A stretch of DNA of 64,000 nt from Chara braunii (taxonomy: Eukaryota > Plantae > Charophyceae): the NCBI GenBank assembly GCA_003427395.1, contig BFEA01000020.1, forward strand, positions 2,374,577-2,438,576, written 5' to 3'. The translations under genes were made by a program, and so were the position numbers. Below are positions 38,228 to 51,500 of this stretch, piece after piece (position 1 is the first letter of the stretch; each line of letters begins with the position of its first letter). The notes beneath the pieces are model-generated. The model made no database searches and was not told where the DNA came from. It saw only the letters and a program-made list of their open reading frames with translations.

Positions 38228-39678
38228 TCATAAAAGAGCAGTCTCATCGACAATGGCATCATTAGCCTTGCATTGGGCATGCCTAGCCTTCTCTAAGGGC
38301 CTAAGCACAAGGACTTTCCGGAGTGAATTTGAGCGCAAACTACAGTCAGATGCATCCAGCAAAGTTCTAGTGTGACAGGGCTTTTTTTTCCGCTTTTTGC
38401 CTGTAAGATTCTTTTTTCCCCTTTCGAAAGAAAAATACAAAAGCAGGTGGCGAACTTGACCCAAAACAAGAAATCTCGACCAAGACACGAACCAGAGAGA
38501 GATCCAGCGTTAAAACATAACAAATTATTATTAATATTATTGTCGACCAGGACATGAAGCAAAGAGAGATCCATTACATACAAAAGGCAATGATCATTAC
38601 TCTTCAGTCCACAAGTAATTAGCTGAACAAGATATAAGCCCTGACGATTTCGGTTTAAACGAAATTTTCGGTCAGCAACGTCAAAGTTAAATGCCCAAAG
38701 GAGTGTTAACACATCGTTTTACGACTTATAGCCTTATGAGGTTGCATTGTGTTTGATGGAAGACGGTAGGATTATGTTTGATGGAAGACGATAGGACTTG
38801 CTATCACTCTTATCACAGCGACAAAAGATCAAGGTAGTGATTACGTGTTGCATATAAGCAGCTGCATCGAGGCCCACCACCCTTCTGCAGGACAAATCAG
38901 GGGGTGGGGAGAAGCAGCACACTTTAAGTAGAATAGAAAGAGAGCACATTACGTGAGGCTTTTACTCTCGTGGAGGACACAATGTACCTCACAGCCACTC
39001 CAGCATCACCATTCTTGAGAGCAAGGCTTTGTTGTGAGAGTGCTGTCACCCGGCAATCTTCAAATAAACTTCGGAGTAACTGTCAAAAACATTCCAAGTT
39101 GAGTTGCTACACATCTGCGTCCCTGTGTGCTTGTGCTGCCGATCGGATTCTGGCGCTGTCACGAGGAATTTTCAAGGGACTTCGGAGTAGCTGCCAAAAC
39201 GCTTCCGTATTGAGTTGCTAGACATCGGCGTCCTTATGTGCTTCTGCTGCCGATCGAATTATGGCCTTATCACCGATGAAAGGACGGAGACGGTGGTCGC
39301 ATGTCCCAGCTTCCCTCTCCTTTCCGAGAGGCCGAGTCATCAATCAGTAAATCACAGATCTCTCGAAAAGGAACGTCGTGACCAACTACTACGACAACCA
39401 TCCGATCCGTAAGGATGTTTCACCGGACGGCCTTGTGGTGGATCTGACGACCCTAAGGGTTGTGGATTAGGAATATACTTTTGCCCTCATTGGATAAGAC
39501 CCACACCCACTGATCGGAGATGAGCAATACATTCTCTCAGACGCACAACTCAACCCAGTAAGTAAGACGAATTATACCGGTGTCCACGAAACACGTGTCT
39601 GAGAGAAATCTTCTAGAAAAATTGGATATGACATTCGTCCGATTCCCACGATCTCATCACGAGGTCTGTGTGTCTGTT

Positions 39679-39680
<2 letters not shown>

Positions 39681-39739
<59 letters not shown>

Positions 39740-40179
39740 CTGTCTTTGTAGGTGTGTGTCTGTACGTTTGTGTGTGTCTGTCTGTTTGTGTGTGCCTGTC
39801 TGTTTTTGTGTGTGTATTATGTTCGCTATAACATATTACCATCACGATAAAAGAATATCTGAGTACGTGTGTGTGCGCGCGTTTGGCGTTCGCGTAGGTG
39901 TGTGCGCGTGTGAGTGTCTCTGCATGTGCCCGCGCGCACGCACGTGTGTGTCTGAATATAATTTTATGAAAGAAACCAGTACCGTAACAGAAAGCTTGTC
40001 GGACGACGACGTGCGTGCGCGAGGGTGTGCGCATGTGTGTGAAATGTGTCCGTGCTGTGTGCACGTGTGTGCTCATGTGTGTGCATGTGAACATACATAC
40101 AACTCATCATGACATCTTTGCGTGTGTGGTGTGGAGATGTGCGTTTGTGTGTATGAGCGTGTGTGTGCTAGCTCGCGCG

Positions 40180-40220
<41 letters not shown>

Positions 40221-40221
40221 N

Positions 40222-40298
<77 letters not shown>
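39681..40298. repeat. (TG)n-rich region and long (AG)n microsatellite
   Basis: Direct reading. Confidence 0.9.
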
Positions 40299-40301
<3 letters not shown>

Positions 40302-40508
40302 GTTCCATAGGAGCAGATGCGGAAAAAGAAACCCAAAGAGAGTCACAGAGGCAAGAGGGGAGCGACGGAGAGAGAAAGGGCGGCACGGCTTGTGAATGTT
40401 CGTATGCACCACGTGCGCAAGGAGAGTGTCTCGAAAGGATTCCCGCCACGATCTTTGTCATTTCATTTCTTGATCTCCAGATTCTCGACAATGTTTTAAT
40501 TCTTTTTC

Positions 40509-40566
40509 AAATTTCCACAAATTTCCGCAAATTTCCACAAATTTCCACAAATTTCCACAAATTTCA
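40509..40566. repeat. 10-bp tandem repeat (AAATTTCCAC)n
   Basis: About 5-6 copies. Confidence 0.9.
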
Positions 40567-40871
40567 CGAATAGCTTGGAGTTTCATTACCATTTTTACGT
40601 AGCGTATCTAAGTAAATTCCTTCGCCTTTCTGTTTTTGTTTTTTCCCTTCCTGGTTTCGTTTTTTTTTCTTTTCCTGGAACGAGCTATTGCGATTAAAGA
40701 GGGAGTTGTCACGTCAAGCGTGCCCGCATCTCTCCTCGACCCAGGGATACTCACACTATTATGACTTTTCCACTTATTTTAGGACGAAATTGCGGTCAGA
40801 TACTTCCAGGTCGGGCCGCAAATGCGGTCGGATACATTCAAGATAGAGCTAGTTTGAGTAACGGGCCTTAC

Positions 40872-40967
40872 CTTTGATGGGTGTTGTCGGCACAGGTGTA
40901 ATACACCTCCCGCAAAGAAAAGAGAGATGCCAAGAAACAGACAGATCGCCTTCTGGCGATGCTCCAT
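40872..40967 (-). CDS. BGAL17: GH35 beta-galactosidase, probable first coding exon (signal peptide/anchor)
   Basis: ACCATGG start with an upstream in-frame stop; MEHRQKAICLFLGISLFFAGGVLHLCRQHPSK hydrophobic leader; consensus donor AAG|GTAAGG in phase 0 matching exon 2. Assigned by signals rather than by homology. Confidence 0.7.
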
Positions 40968-41199
40968 GGTCAGATACAGACGAAGGCAAAGAGAGCGATC
41001 CCGACCGCCACAAGGCCCCCCAAAGCCCCCGACGACAATCCTTCACAGAACGAAAGCGGTTGTCATTGTCATTTCCGAAAAACGCCGGTGTAAAGCAGGT
41101 ACTACTGGTAGGTTGCAGCAGTGTTCTTGGCCAACGCAGATGCTGCAGGCTGACACGTGTCGATCTTGCCATGAACAACGTGTTTCCTCTCTTGTTTTA

Positions 41200-41850
41200 A
41201 ACAGCAGCAGTGATACCTGTCGCCCTTGCGTCCTCCATTCGTAGTGGACGAATCTGACCGCAATGACCGCCACATTCCTGTAGGAACGTGACCGCAAGCG
41301 GCTCCTGAAAACAGTTGAACAAGTCCTCAGGCCCAGACCCCACAACTTGGCGCCTCCCCACGCCAATGGGGGGAAAACTGGCTCGATGTACCGGCAAACG
41401 GAGGAGGACCTTGAAGCTGTCCAAGCAGACAGCAACGGAGAAATGTGGAGCCGGGAAGAGGGAGAGGACGACGCGATTGGGGACGGTTGGCTACGGAGGC
41501 GCTACGCGTGAACAGTCGGCCGGTTTACTTCGTGGTCTCAATAACTGTCGAGACAAAGGTTGTATGGGAGGTCGAATACTAAGCCTAGTTGAGCAGGTTG
41601 TATGGGATTACAACCCGGACCTGTGTTCTTGATTTGAGCTTTACTTGCAGTGGTTCTTTAGGCTGTTTGGTCTGTGAAATTTGTTTCTCAGAGGATCGAT
41701 CCTCTGGCGGGCTTCTCCCGTAAGCGAAACTGGGAAACTGGGTAATGCTCCCGTAAGCGAAACTTGGCTTCTCTGGTAGACTGTGAGGACCCCCGGCCTC
41801 GTTGATTCCCTTGGCAATTAAAACTGCAATTAAAAAACAAAACAAAAAGT
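41200..41850 (+). mobile_element. Probable LINE 3' end (ORF remnant, 3' UTR, A-rich tail)
   Basis: Broken ORF with acidic end; motif ggtagactgtgaggacccccggcctc shared with 52662-52686; A-rich tail. Confidence 0.45.
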
Positions 41851-42059
41851 ACTACGTCTCCTTACTTGTGTTTTTTCTTTTTGGAAACATTTCCGATATG
41901 CCCCTGAAAGTTTGATTTATTTTGCCGGTAGCCCCTGACCAAATAACAGCTAGCCAACACTCTCCCACACACCATACACAACCCACTCGCACTCACACGC
42001 ACACCCATGTTGGCCAAGGACCCTGCTAATACCGATCACAGGTATCAAGCGGACAATCT

Positions 42060-45000
42060 TTTCTTTTTTTTTCAGCACGTGCTGGTGCTGGGAATCGGGC
42101 CCAGCGTCCCATATGGAAAATTACATCAAATTTTGAAAATATGAGATACCGGGGCCATTGCCCGGCTTTGGCTAAGAAAAAAATTGAGCTACTTAGGAGA
42201 ATACGACAAACTTCAGAATCGGACAAGATTCAGAAACCGACTCAGGAGCGCCCCGTCAATCCTCTCTCTGGCAAGACTTACTGCAACAGAGCCACCATCT
42301 CCGTTGCTGCTGTACCCTATTTCCATCCTACCAGCTAGCCCCCGCACTAGTAGGATGCTTGATATCCCACCATCTACTTCTCCCACTCACCTAAAAGACT
42401 CAACCCCCCCAATCCATCCCCTGTACCCCACTCCGGCAAGACTTACTGCAGCAGAGCCACCATCTCCGCTGCTGCTGTACCCTATTCCTGTCCTGCCAGC
42501 TAGCCCTCTTGCTAGTAGGACGCATAATATCCCGCCTTCTCCTTCTCCCACTCACCTCAGTCTCTTAAGAAAACGTCTGAGCAATACGGAAAACATAGAA
42601 ATAGACCTCCTAGGTCCTACAAATGTTTCAAAAACCTTTGAAATCCCTAACCAACCCTTCCAAAGCACTCCAACACTGTCCTACTCCCTGCCGACCTCTT
42701 CCAGGTCTCACAGCCCCACATCTTGCTGGGTTACAGGGCAACACAACTCACCCCAGCTCCGACCAGCGTCGTCCCAGCAGCAACCCTTAGTTGTCCCGTG
42801 GATTGCCCACCCCAAAGCATCCCCAGATCTCCCTACCAGGCCTCACGCTCCTGCGTCAGCAGGTCACAGGGCAACACCCCAGCACCGGCCAGCGTCGTTC
42901 TGGCATCGAACAGCCATAGGTCACTGAGTATAACAGCATCGAAGCCTCCTAAGAAGAGTTCCTAGGACCCAGGGTCCAAAAACATTATTACGACCACCAG
43001 TCAACCATCTGCGTATGGTCAACCCTGATATCTATTTTTTTAGATTTTTTGTTTTTTTTTAAATGAATACAGTCAGCCCTCCTCCTATTTCCTTTCACCC
43101 CCTACTCTTCTTCATCTCCCGACGAGCCGACCTCCTCCACCACATAGTTCGGGAGAGAAGAATAATAGTCCAACGACTTCACCAAAATCCCATAGCGATG
43201 AAAAGCAAGCTTCAATTCTTCCTCTTCCTAAGACAGGCCGACCTCCTCCACCACATAGCTCGAAGGAGGAGGAAAAAGAAGTTCAATCCATCGCAAAACA
43301 GGCGCAGCACCCTAACCTCCCATCCCCTTACCGTCTTCCGGCACAGACTTACAACAACTAAGCCACCATCTCAACTGCAAATGTGCCCTAATCCAATCCC
43401 GCCAGCTAGCCCTGCTCACTAGCGGGACGCAATATTACCAAAAAAAAACTTCCCCCCTCCACTTCAGTCCCACGCCTGTTCCATAGGCAGGTAAAAGACA
43501 CCTGATCCCCACCCATACTCTTCCTAACCTCCTTATTCAACTGCATCCCGCGACAAGCCGACCTCCTCCACCCATAGTTCGCGAGACGAAGAAAAGTGAA
43601 AGCGACAACCCTCGACTTCCTCTTGCGACAAGCCGACCTCCTCCACCACATAATTCGCAGAAGAAAACCGAAAGTGATCCACCATCTGAAACTTGCCAGC
43701 CCTACCCAAACCTCAAAAACTTATCAGAACCTTCACCTGCCTGCCCCAACCCAAAACTAACTCATCAGGGGAGGTAAACTTGCAATCCGAATTTAGAAAC
43801 CCAATTGAGTCATGAAAAGCAAGGGATTAGAATTCGAAATCTGATTTATGAGTATCAAAACTTTATGCAATCCGAATTTAAAAATCGAGTTGAGTCATGA
43901 AAATCAAGAAATTAGGATTCGAAATTTGATTTATAAGTATCAGTATCAAGAGACAAAACAATTTTCAAATTAAGAATTAGACATATGCGATGACTTTTTA
44001 GATTTGTATATCCAAAAGGATTTTCGGATCTGATTCCCAAATCACGGTATGAGAATCGTGGGAAATTAGTTAGGAGATGAAATTATGAAACACAATCGAA
44101 TTATAGTTGATATGCGATATCAGGAGATGTAGTTAGGAAAACACACTCGAATTTATGCGACTGATATCAGGGGTAGGATGTAGAACAATCGAGATTCAGT
44201 TGAAAGTTTGAAAACTCTGCATTAGATTCATCGTCCTTGGATAAGCATCAAGGATTACAATATGCAAACTTAGGAATCAAAATAGAGAAGACGAATTCAG
44301 AAATTCTGAATTAGATCATCATCATTTGATGAGCATCAAGGGTTACGACATACGAACTTAGGAATCAAAAGAGAGAGGACAAGCAGGCAATACAAAATCA
44401 ATCAAAACAGAAACCCTGAGATCGTGTCGACGCACAAACCTTCATCATCCGCAGCAAACTTCACTTGAGATGGCGATGTCGTCCTTCCCCCTTGAAGCAT
44501 TATTCTCAATGAAGAGTCCTTCGAAAAACTCCCTCTACCTTCCTTTCATCCACCTACCATCACTCAAGCCGACCCCCACCACCTTTGGGAGGGGAACATC
44601 AAGCGTCCCTTCATCTGCCGGTTGTAACAGCCCCAGTTGCCGACCACCGAGTCGACGCCAGCAACAAGGTATCAATGACCATCCACAACCCTACAAATTA
44701 CTGGATGGTGTGGTAACGCCTCGTCGAGCCCGTCGACGAGTTACCACAGGAGATTCAAGCCCTCAACAAAACCCTTTGTCTACCACTTCACGCAGTATGG
44801 ATGAAGGAGAGTGGAGGGGACTAAGCTACTAATCGTGAACCCTCATGTGACATCGTCGCCAACCTCTCCTCACATGGCACCATCACCAACATCTTCATAC
44901 AAACAACCTTTAAGCATCCTCGTCACCATCCTTCATGTTGTCCTCCATGCGTCCCAAACTACTCAACCGTCTCACGTCCCCCCCCCCGATATTGCGGCGC

Positions 45001-45105
45001 GCCGCCGCACTGCACCTCCCTCACGTCGTTGCTGCTGCCTCGCGTCGCTCAGTCCGTCTGCATAGGTGGGGCGCAACGCTCTTGACCGCGCTGCGCCCCC
45101 CCTGC
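42060..45105 (-). mobile_element. Long non-coding poly(A) retroposon (family A), copy 2
   Basis: Reverse-complement similarity to 10115-12415 at both ends and at 42720-42920; internal duplications. Confidence 0.65.
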
Positions 45106-45109
45106 TCAG

Positions 45110-45266
45110 CCCTCCCATTAAGACTGTTTGCCCAGGTCCAGCATCCCTTAACTGTTACAATTTATCACCGCTGGTTGACACTAAGTGCGCCACAGGCGGT
45201 TGTGGGGCTCGAACCCGTAATCTCCTGAATGCCACTTGCATGCCTAACCAACAGAGCTAGGATGTT
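45110..45266 (-). mobile_element. tRNA-derived SINE
   Basis: Minus strand TAGCTCTGTTGG (A box) and GGTTCGAGCC (B box) at tRNA spacing, no proper acceptor stem; followed by tail-like gggatgctggacctggg. Confidence 0.7.
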
Positions 45267-45524
45267 GGCAAAATGTTTGGTCTTTGTGTTAGTCAGACCC
45301 CCAACAACGGTGTCACCCCATCCTTGACCACCATGGTTGGGGGGGGGGGGCAACATGCATCCCCTCCGATGACTGGAGGGAGACAACAAAGCTATGTTCG
45401 CACGGGTCACCTGTATAAGCCTTAGGAGTAGTGGTAGGTAGGTAGTAAAGGTGAATTGAAAGAATTTGAAAGATGATTAAAGATTTGAGAGAAGAATGTA
45501 GCGCAGTTAAAAAAAAGAAAAAAA

Positions 45525-45886
45525 AAAGTTTGATTTATTTGTGGGCTGCCTCTCCAACCACCAACTTGCCCTGTTGTGCCCCTGGGGGCTCTGAACATTT
45601 CTGCAGACCCCTGTCAGTGAGGGGTGCGACTTTCCAGCGTGCCCCTGTGGTTATTGGTGGCACTCACGGCTGTTCCCCTGGCCTTGGGAGGAGAGCTACC
45701 GGGGCATACTGGAAATTTGGAACCGATACCGGTAGGGGCATATTGAACATATTTCAGGCCCAAAGGACTCCGGGGGTCTTTTGGAGACTTCAATCGTTGT
45801 CAGAGGGGCGCAACAAGATAAGTTGGTCGTCAGTGGGGCACCCCACAAATAAATCGAACTTCCAGCGGCATATCGAAAAATTTCCC
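45525..45886. mobile_element. Mutator-like MITE, copy 1 (left end eroded)
   Basis: Long imperfect TIRs; inverted homolog of 48163-48546. Confidence 0.75.
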
Positions 45887-48162
45887 TTGTTTTATCTCGA
45901 CTCTTTTCCTATCCATACTTCCTCCAGGAGAAACGTCACCTACTCCAACCCCAACACCTACTATTTCATTCCCTCCTCCACCTCCCTATCCGGCGTTACT
46001 TACCTATACTTTTTCCAGTCGTATGCTTACTCCGCGTTATTCCCTAGCTTGTTTGCTTTTCTTTTATGATTTTGTTGTTTCTCTTTTTCTTTCCCTCTAA
46101 GATCAGGATTTCCTTTTTGTTTCCAACTCACACCAATTCCCTGCTGCTCTATGTGCTTGTACTTGCAGCCTACGATCAAGATATGGATGCAGTTTTAGAG
46201 TGACTGAGCGGGGAACTCTTGGAACTACTAGCAGCGACGCCACCTGGTGCAGCGAAGGTGCAATAAGAGGCGGTGGGAACACTACCGGTCAGGTGGTAAG
46301 TGAGAACTGGTGAAGAGCAAACTTGAGTTGTTCGAACTTCCCATTGTGAGCAATAAACTACGAAGATCTAAGGGAGCCGGGGTGGGAAATCCGTCATGGC
46401 AACTCAGACTCTTTACAGTGTGTTTGGAAAGCCAACATGAGAGAATAGCGCTGATGGAGATGAGGGAATCTCATGACTCTGTCTCGTCTCTCGGGGCTTT
46501 AACAGTAGATTTAATCTCGTGGATTACATTTTTTTTTGTGCTGATAAAGTTTTCAAAAAATGCATTCTTCGACATCCACTCACAATAACCCGATAAGGTA
46601 ATATCACTACTACGGGTAGTGCCAATATGGAGGAAGTGTGAGTGTCACCGTTAGTGGTCGGAACGCTACTTGCTTGTAGGTAACATATGTAGGGTAGGAA
46701 TCAAACTTGAACTATATCCACGGTGATCTTGGTTCATTGAATGTTATTGCCATTAAAGATCCAAGGGTGCGTGGTGAAACCCGTCTAGGCGGTTTAGGCT
46801 TCCTCGAGTTTACAAATCTGTACTTGCTCTCTATCTATAAGATTTTGAAGCGAAGCTGGGTAAGACTCCCAGACAGGGGCATTGTGTAGGGACTGTGCCG
46901 AGCACATCGGTCTCACATAGGGACCCTCTCGGGCGAGTTACGCAGGATATTGACATTCGTTGATGCAAAGCGATTCAAGAGCAGTGTCACAACGACTGAG
47001 TGCATTAGCTATACGTCTCACGAGTTCCTATACAGCATAAGACCTCGCGAGTACAACTTACCTCCACCTGGGAAGTTGTTCCATCTCTAGGTGGGGTTAC
47101 CCCCGTCGAGCTACTGGTCCACGCATGATAGCTTTTACATGCGGTCGCAGAGGTAGATCAACCGGGGGTGTTTCTCGTTTATTGTAGCATAGAGAGTACG
47201 ATGGGCTAACGCCCAAATTGCACTCACACGCGAACCGACACTTGTGGCGCTGATCTCCCAAACGTGACCATAAGTCGGTCGACTAAAATGACCAGTCTAA
47301 CCCCGTGCTTCTCTCTTTTAGTAATCTTAAACTCGCACACAACTCGCGCTTAATCTCTTTCTGTCGTTCCTCTCATAACTGTTTCAGTATTGGACAATCA
47401 AGTGTGGCTTACGAGGCTTAGCATAAGTAATGCAACAACGCTAGCATGATTATGACAATTAATCATGTGTAAGAACATGAGCGCTCAACATGGCAGCGTA
47501 CTATGTGGTTTTCATGACCATGCAACACTCAATGGTTTCGAGGGTCGCATTCGACACTCAAGTATCAATTGACACGCGTACTGAGGGGTTAACCTCTTAG
47601 TATCGAATAATCGCAGATATGATTGCGCGCTCCCGAAGCAAATATCCTTAGAAGGGTATTTGCTCATGTTTTTACATGGCTCATAGAGTGCGACCTTAAT
47701 ACTGAAAAGAAACCCTGATGTGGTAACCTTCATCGCCTGTCACTTTTCGACCATTGAGGCCGAGACGTGTGAGTGAGGAAATTTTGTTTAGCATGCACGC
47801 ATGAAATGCTGACGCACGCTAGGATTGTTACTAGTTTGCTAGTATTAGTAATAATATCCCAAGTCCGCGAAGGTCAAGGGGTCAATTAGAATAAATTACT
47901 CCGACCACGCATGTTGAAGGGGCGGTCAAAATAAATTTACTGGGTCCGTTGAGGACGACAACATACGTGTAAATTTAAGGGTTATCTCACCGATATGACG
48001 AGGGTTCGATGACATGGTTAAATTGATATAAGCTCCGACCATAAGGCCGAGGTAATTCAGAAGTACGGTTGTCAGACCGAGTAAAAAATGTTGTAGGTGT
48101 TCACAGAATGCAGGTTTAAAACCCATGCCTCTCTACGAACAAAAAAGAACAAAAAACAAAAA

Positions 48163-48546
48163 GGAAAATCTTTGAAATGCCCCTCTGACTTCCATTTATT
48201 TACGATATGCCCCTCTAAAGGCCGAATTACCCTGTAGTGCCCCTCAGTTGACGATTGAAGTTTTCGAAAAAACCCGTGGCGTCGTTTAGGCTTGAAATAT
48301 GTCCAATATGCTCCTATTGGTACTGATTCTAAATTTTCAGTATGCCCTGGTAGCTCCCTTCCCAGGGCCAAGGGAGCAGCTGCGAGTGCCACCAACGACC
48401 ACAGGGGCATGCTGAAAAGTTGCAGCTCTCATTGAAAGGGGCCGGCAGAAAACTTCAGAGGCCCCAGAGGCACGACAGGGTAAGTCGGCCGTCAGAGGGG
48501 CATACCGCAAATAAATGGAAGTCGGAGGGGCATTTAAAAAATTTGC
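48163..48546. mobile_element. Mutator-like MITE, copy 2
   Basis: TIRs of about 75 bp (ggaaaat..tgcccctctgacttccatttattt / aaataaatggaagtcggaggggca..atttgc) with A-rich flanks. Confidence 0.8.
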
Positions 48547-51500
48547 AAAAAAAAAAATGGAAACAACATCCGCCTTTCCTTAGACCCGTCGACGACGTTT
48601 TAGCAACATTTTAATTAGGAGCTGTTACTTTTTCATCTGAAGGAGGGGCTAGCCCGATAGGTTATTTAATTTGAGTTTCATCCAACAGATTTTGAGATCG
48701 AGGCTTACTAATCGCTGGGTTGGTAGTCCTCTCTTATGAAGATAGCTTGGCTGAGTCGGTGGTAGGGTCCAGTCTCAAACCTATGCTCTAGAGCCCTAGC
48801 ATGACAGATGGTATGCCGTGAGAAGTTACGAGTTAGATTTCGTACTTTCTTTTTTCGAATTGTCAATTCATTTCCCTCTTTCCTTTTTTTTTTTTTTTTT
48901 TTTCACATGCCCTTATGAAAATTGCTAAGTTCCGAGGCAGATTCGTGAAAAATGGGAAACTTGCTAAATGCCTTTGACGACAATCCAACCATCTCTGTTT
49001 GGTTCTCGGCTCCAGACACTTGGCAGTACAAGGAAGTTAAAAGTTAGATCTAGTGAGGGCGACTGGAACGCGTTGTTACCAGACTAAGTAAGTCAACCCT
49101 AATTCTCCATCAACAACGATGGTTTCTCGGGGGAGCATCAACCTTCTGTAGTGTCTCAAAAACCTTCTATAGTGTCCCAAAACCGATAGTAGAACTCGAG
49201 TAGGAGTCATAGCTACTGGGGTTACGTCCCATAATAAAAGTTTCCAGATTTATTGGAAACAAGGCGAGGTTTTGTTGCCCTGTCGCGAGACTCGTTGAGA
49301 GATGTTTCAGTGTCAACAGGCAATGGCGATTCCAAATTTTAGATTATGGGATAGTTCTTTCCACTTTTACCCAATGCTCTTACTCCTTCCTCTGCTTCTT
49401 TGCTTCTTTTTGATTCTATCGTGTGAGACAGTATTAGTAGTCCTCTTGACTTTCCTCTTTAAGAAGCGGTCATCCACTCTCCTTCACTTAGAAGCCATTG
49501 CTTTACCGCCAGTTTCACGAAAGGAAGCTACAACGCCCATAGGGAAAGATCATTTCTGATGGAAGCTTTCCGATTTCAGTTTCTCCCCTTCGCATTCCTC
49601 TGCATAATGTTCCTTCCCCCTCTCCTCTCTACTTTTTTTTTTTTTTTTGAATTATCAATACCAACGACAATAGTTGGGTTCTAAAAGTTCCCTCCTCAAG
49701 AAACACTCTCTTGCCGGGGAGCAGAGCACCTTCAGTTTCCCCTTTACTCTAGAAAGGGAAATCGAATGGAGGAAGAGGTAGCTGCACCAGACCCAGGGTC
49801 GGCGACAGACATTGACGCAACTGAAGAGCAACGCATCCAAGTACTCTTGCAGCAATGTTTTATCCAGGGGAACATCCCTGACCTGGACCATTATCTTGCG
49901 GCCGATACCGAGGAGGACAACATTTTCAGAGGGAGAGTGAAAAACTTGGGGAACAATGACAAAGTGCATTTTGTCTGTAATTTGAAGGATGAACACTTAC
50001 GTCGGAAACTAAAAAGATTAGGGTGTGGTTCCACTCACATAGAGGAAAGGTCTATGATTACGTACATTGCAATATCGATAATCTATAGAGGCAAAGGAGG
50101 CTATGATGGGGAGGAAATCGAAGATTAATTTTACCTTGAACAGACAAAAGTACAACGTAGTAATTCAATCCTAGTTGCCTAAGAGCGAATGGAAAATAAA
50201 GAGAGAGAAGGAAAGAACAAAAGATTACTGGGTCATAGCGGATAGGTTCCCATTATACTCGCTTTCTTTCATTCGTACCATGGTGAAAAAGTCAATTGGT
50301 CCCATCATTAAGGAGTACGATCCGGTGGATGATGCGTCGATGCCCCATCTAGTAGATGTCAAATTTGGCATAAACAAACGATTCAAATATAGATTCAAAC
50401 TCATTCTAACACTCAAAGTTGGGCTCGATACTTTATCCGCAAACCTCGTAGATAGTAATACGCCGTGGTGTAGGACCTGCAGATGGTACCACCATCACAC
50501 CACGAATTGTCCGGAAAAGAAGGAGGGTTTCCAAGAAAGAAGCTGGAAGAAATCAGTCCGTTCATCTCACCCGAGATCGGAGGATGGAGGGCGTTCGAAT
50601 GCTCAGTTCCAGCAAGGTGAGGTTTGTAGGTCCAAACGTTCGCCAGAAACCACTTCAGGCCCATGTCCAAGAGGTGACAGTCCTAAGCAGGATCTGACGG
50701 ATGGAGGGTCCCACGGGGTCACCCAAACATCTGGAGAAGGCATCACTGAGGCGAGGAAATTGGGCCCAATAGGCCAGGGTTCTGCGTCCGTCCAGGCTGC
50801 GGCTCCGCATGAGTTTGTTGTCTGGGGAATTCCGAACCACGAGATCAGGTTGTCAGCAGGCTTGGTGCCCGTGGGTTCGGCGCCTCCAACTTTGGTTCCC
50901 TAGGCCTCCGTTCCCACATTGGGAATCAGAAGACCAATGGGACCCGAAATTGGAGCCCATTCCCAACGAACTATAGCCAATGCACTTGGGGAACAAGGTT
51001 CTGGAAGGGGACAGTCGGCACGTGCGACCACCTCAACGGCGGCTGGTTCAACAACCTTGGACAGAGGGACAATATCCAGTTCCACCTCCCTGGAGAAACG
51101 AACAGCGGCCCAATCGAGTTTGACTTGGATGCTAACAACCCCCTTCCCTCTCCCATCGAGAGGGAGAGGGAGCAATGTGGGGAAGAGCGGGAATATGAGA
51201 AGGAAAGGTAACACTGTCATCAACATTTTCATTCAGTCTTCACCCAGATCGCCAAGGATGGGAGTGACTTCGATGGAAGGCAACTTACAAGTATCACCAA
51301 CAAAATACACCAGACGAGTCATCAACAGGCATCAAAGGTATCCTCCATGATCCATACCTTTGAGCAAGGGCTTCAGCAGGAGGCCTCGTTCTCTCAAGGA
51401 ATGACCGATCAGCAACACTCATCACAGACAGCTACATTTCCGCCCAGACCTATCCCGATGGCTACTATATCAAGGAAACAACATGCACAAGAGGTAATCT

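Noticed and set aside
45190-45266. Functional tRNA gene
   Set aside because: A and B boxes are present, but acceptor and anticodon stems do not pair and there is no T-run terminator; treated as a SINE head.
47345-47372. Missing 5' half of the U6 at 35893 (minus ggaacgacagaaagagattaagc)
   Set aside because: Only a short gapped resemblance 11 kb away; compatible with chance.
45525-48546. Single composite transposon bounded by the two inverted Mutator-like MITEs
   Set aside because: Each copy has its own pair of TIRs, they are quite diverged, and no shared TSD flanks the whole span.
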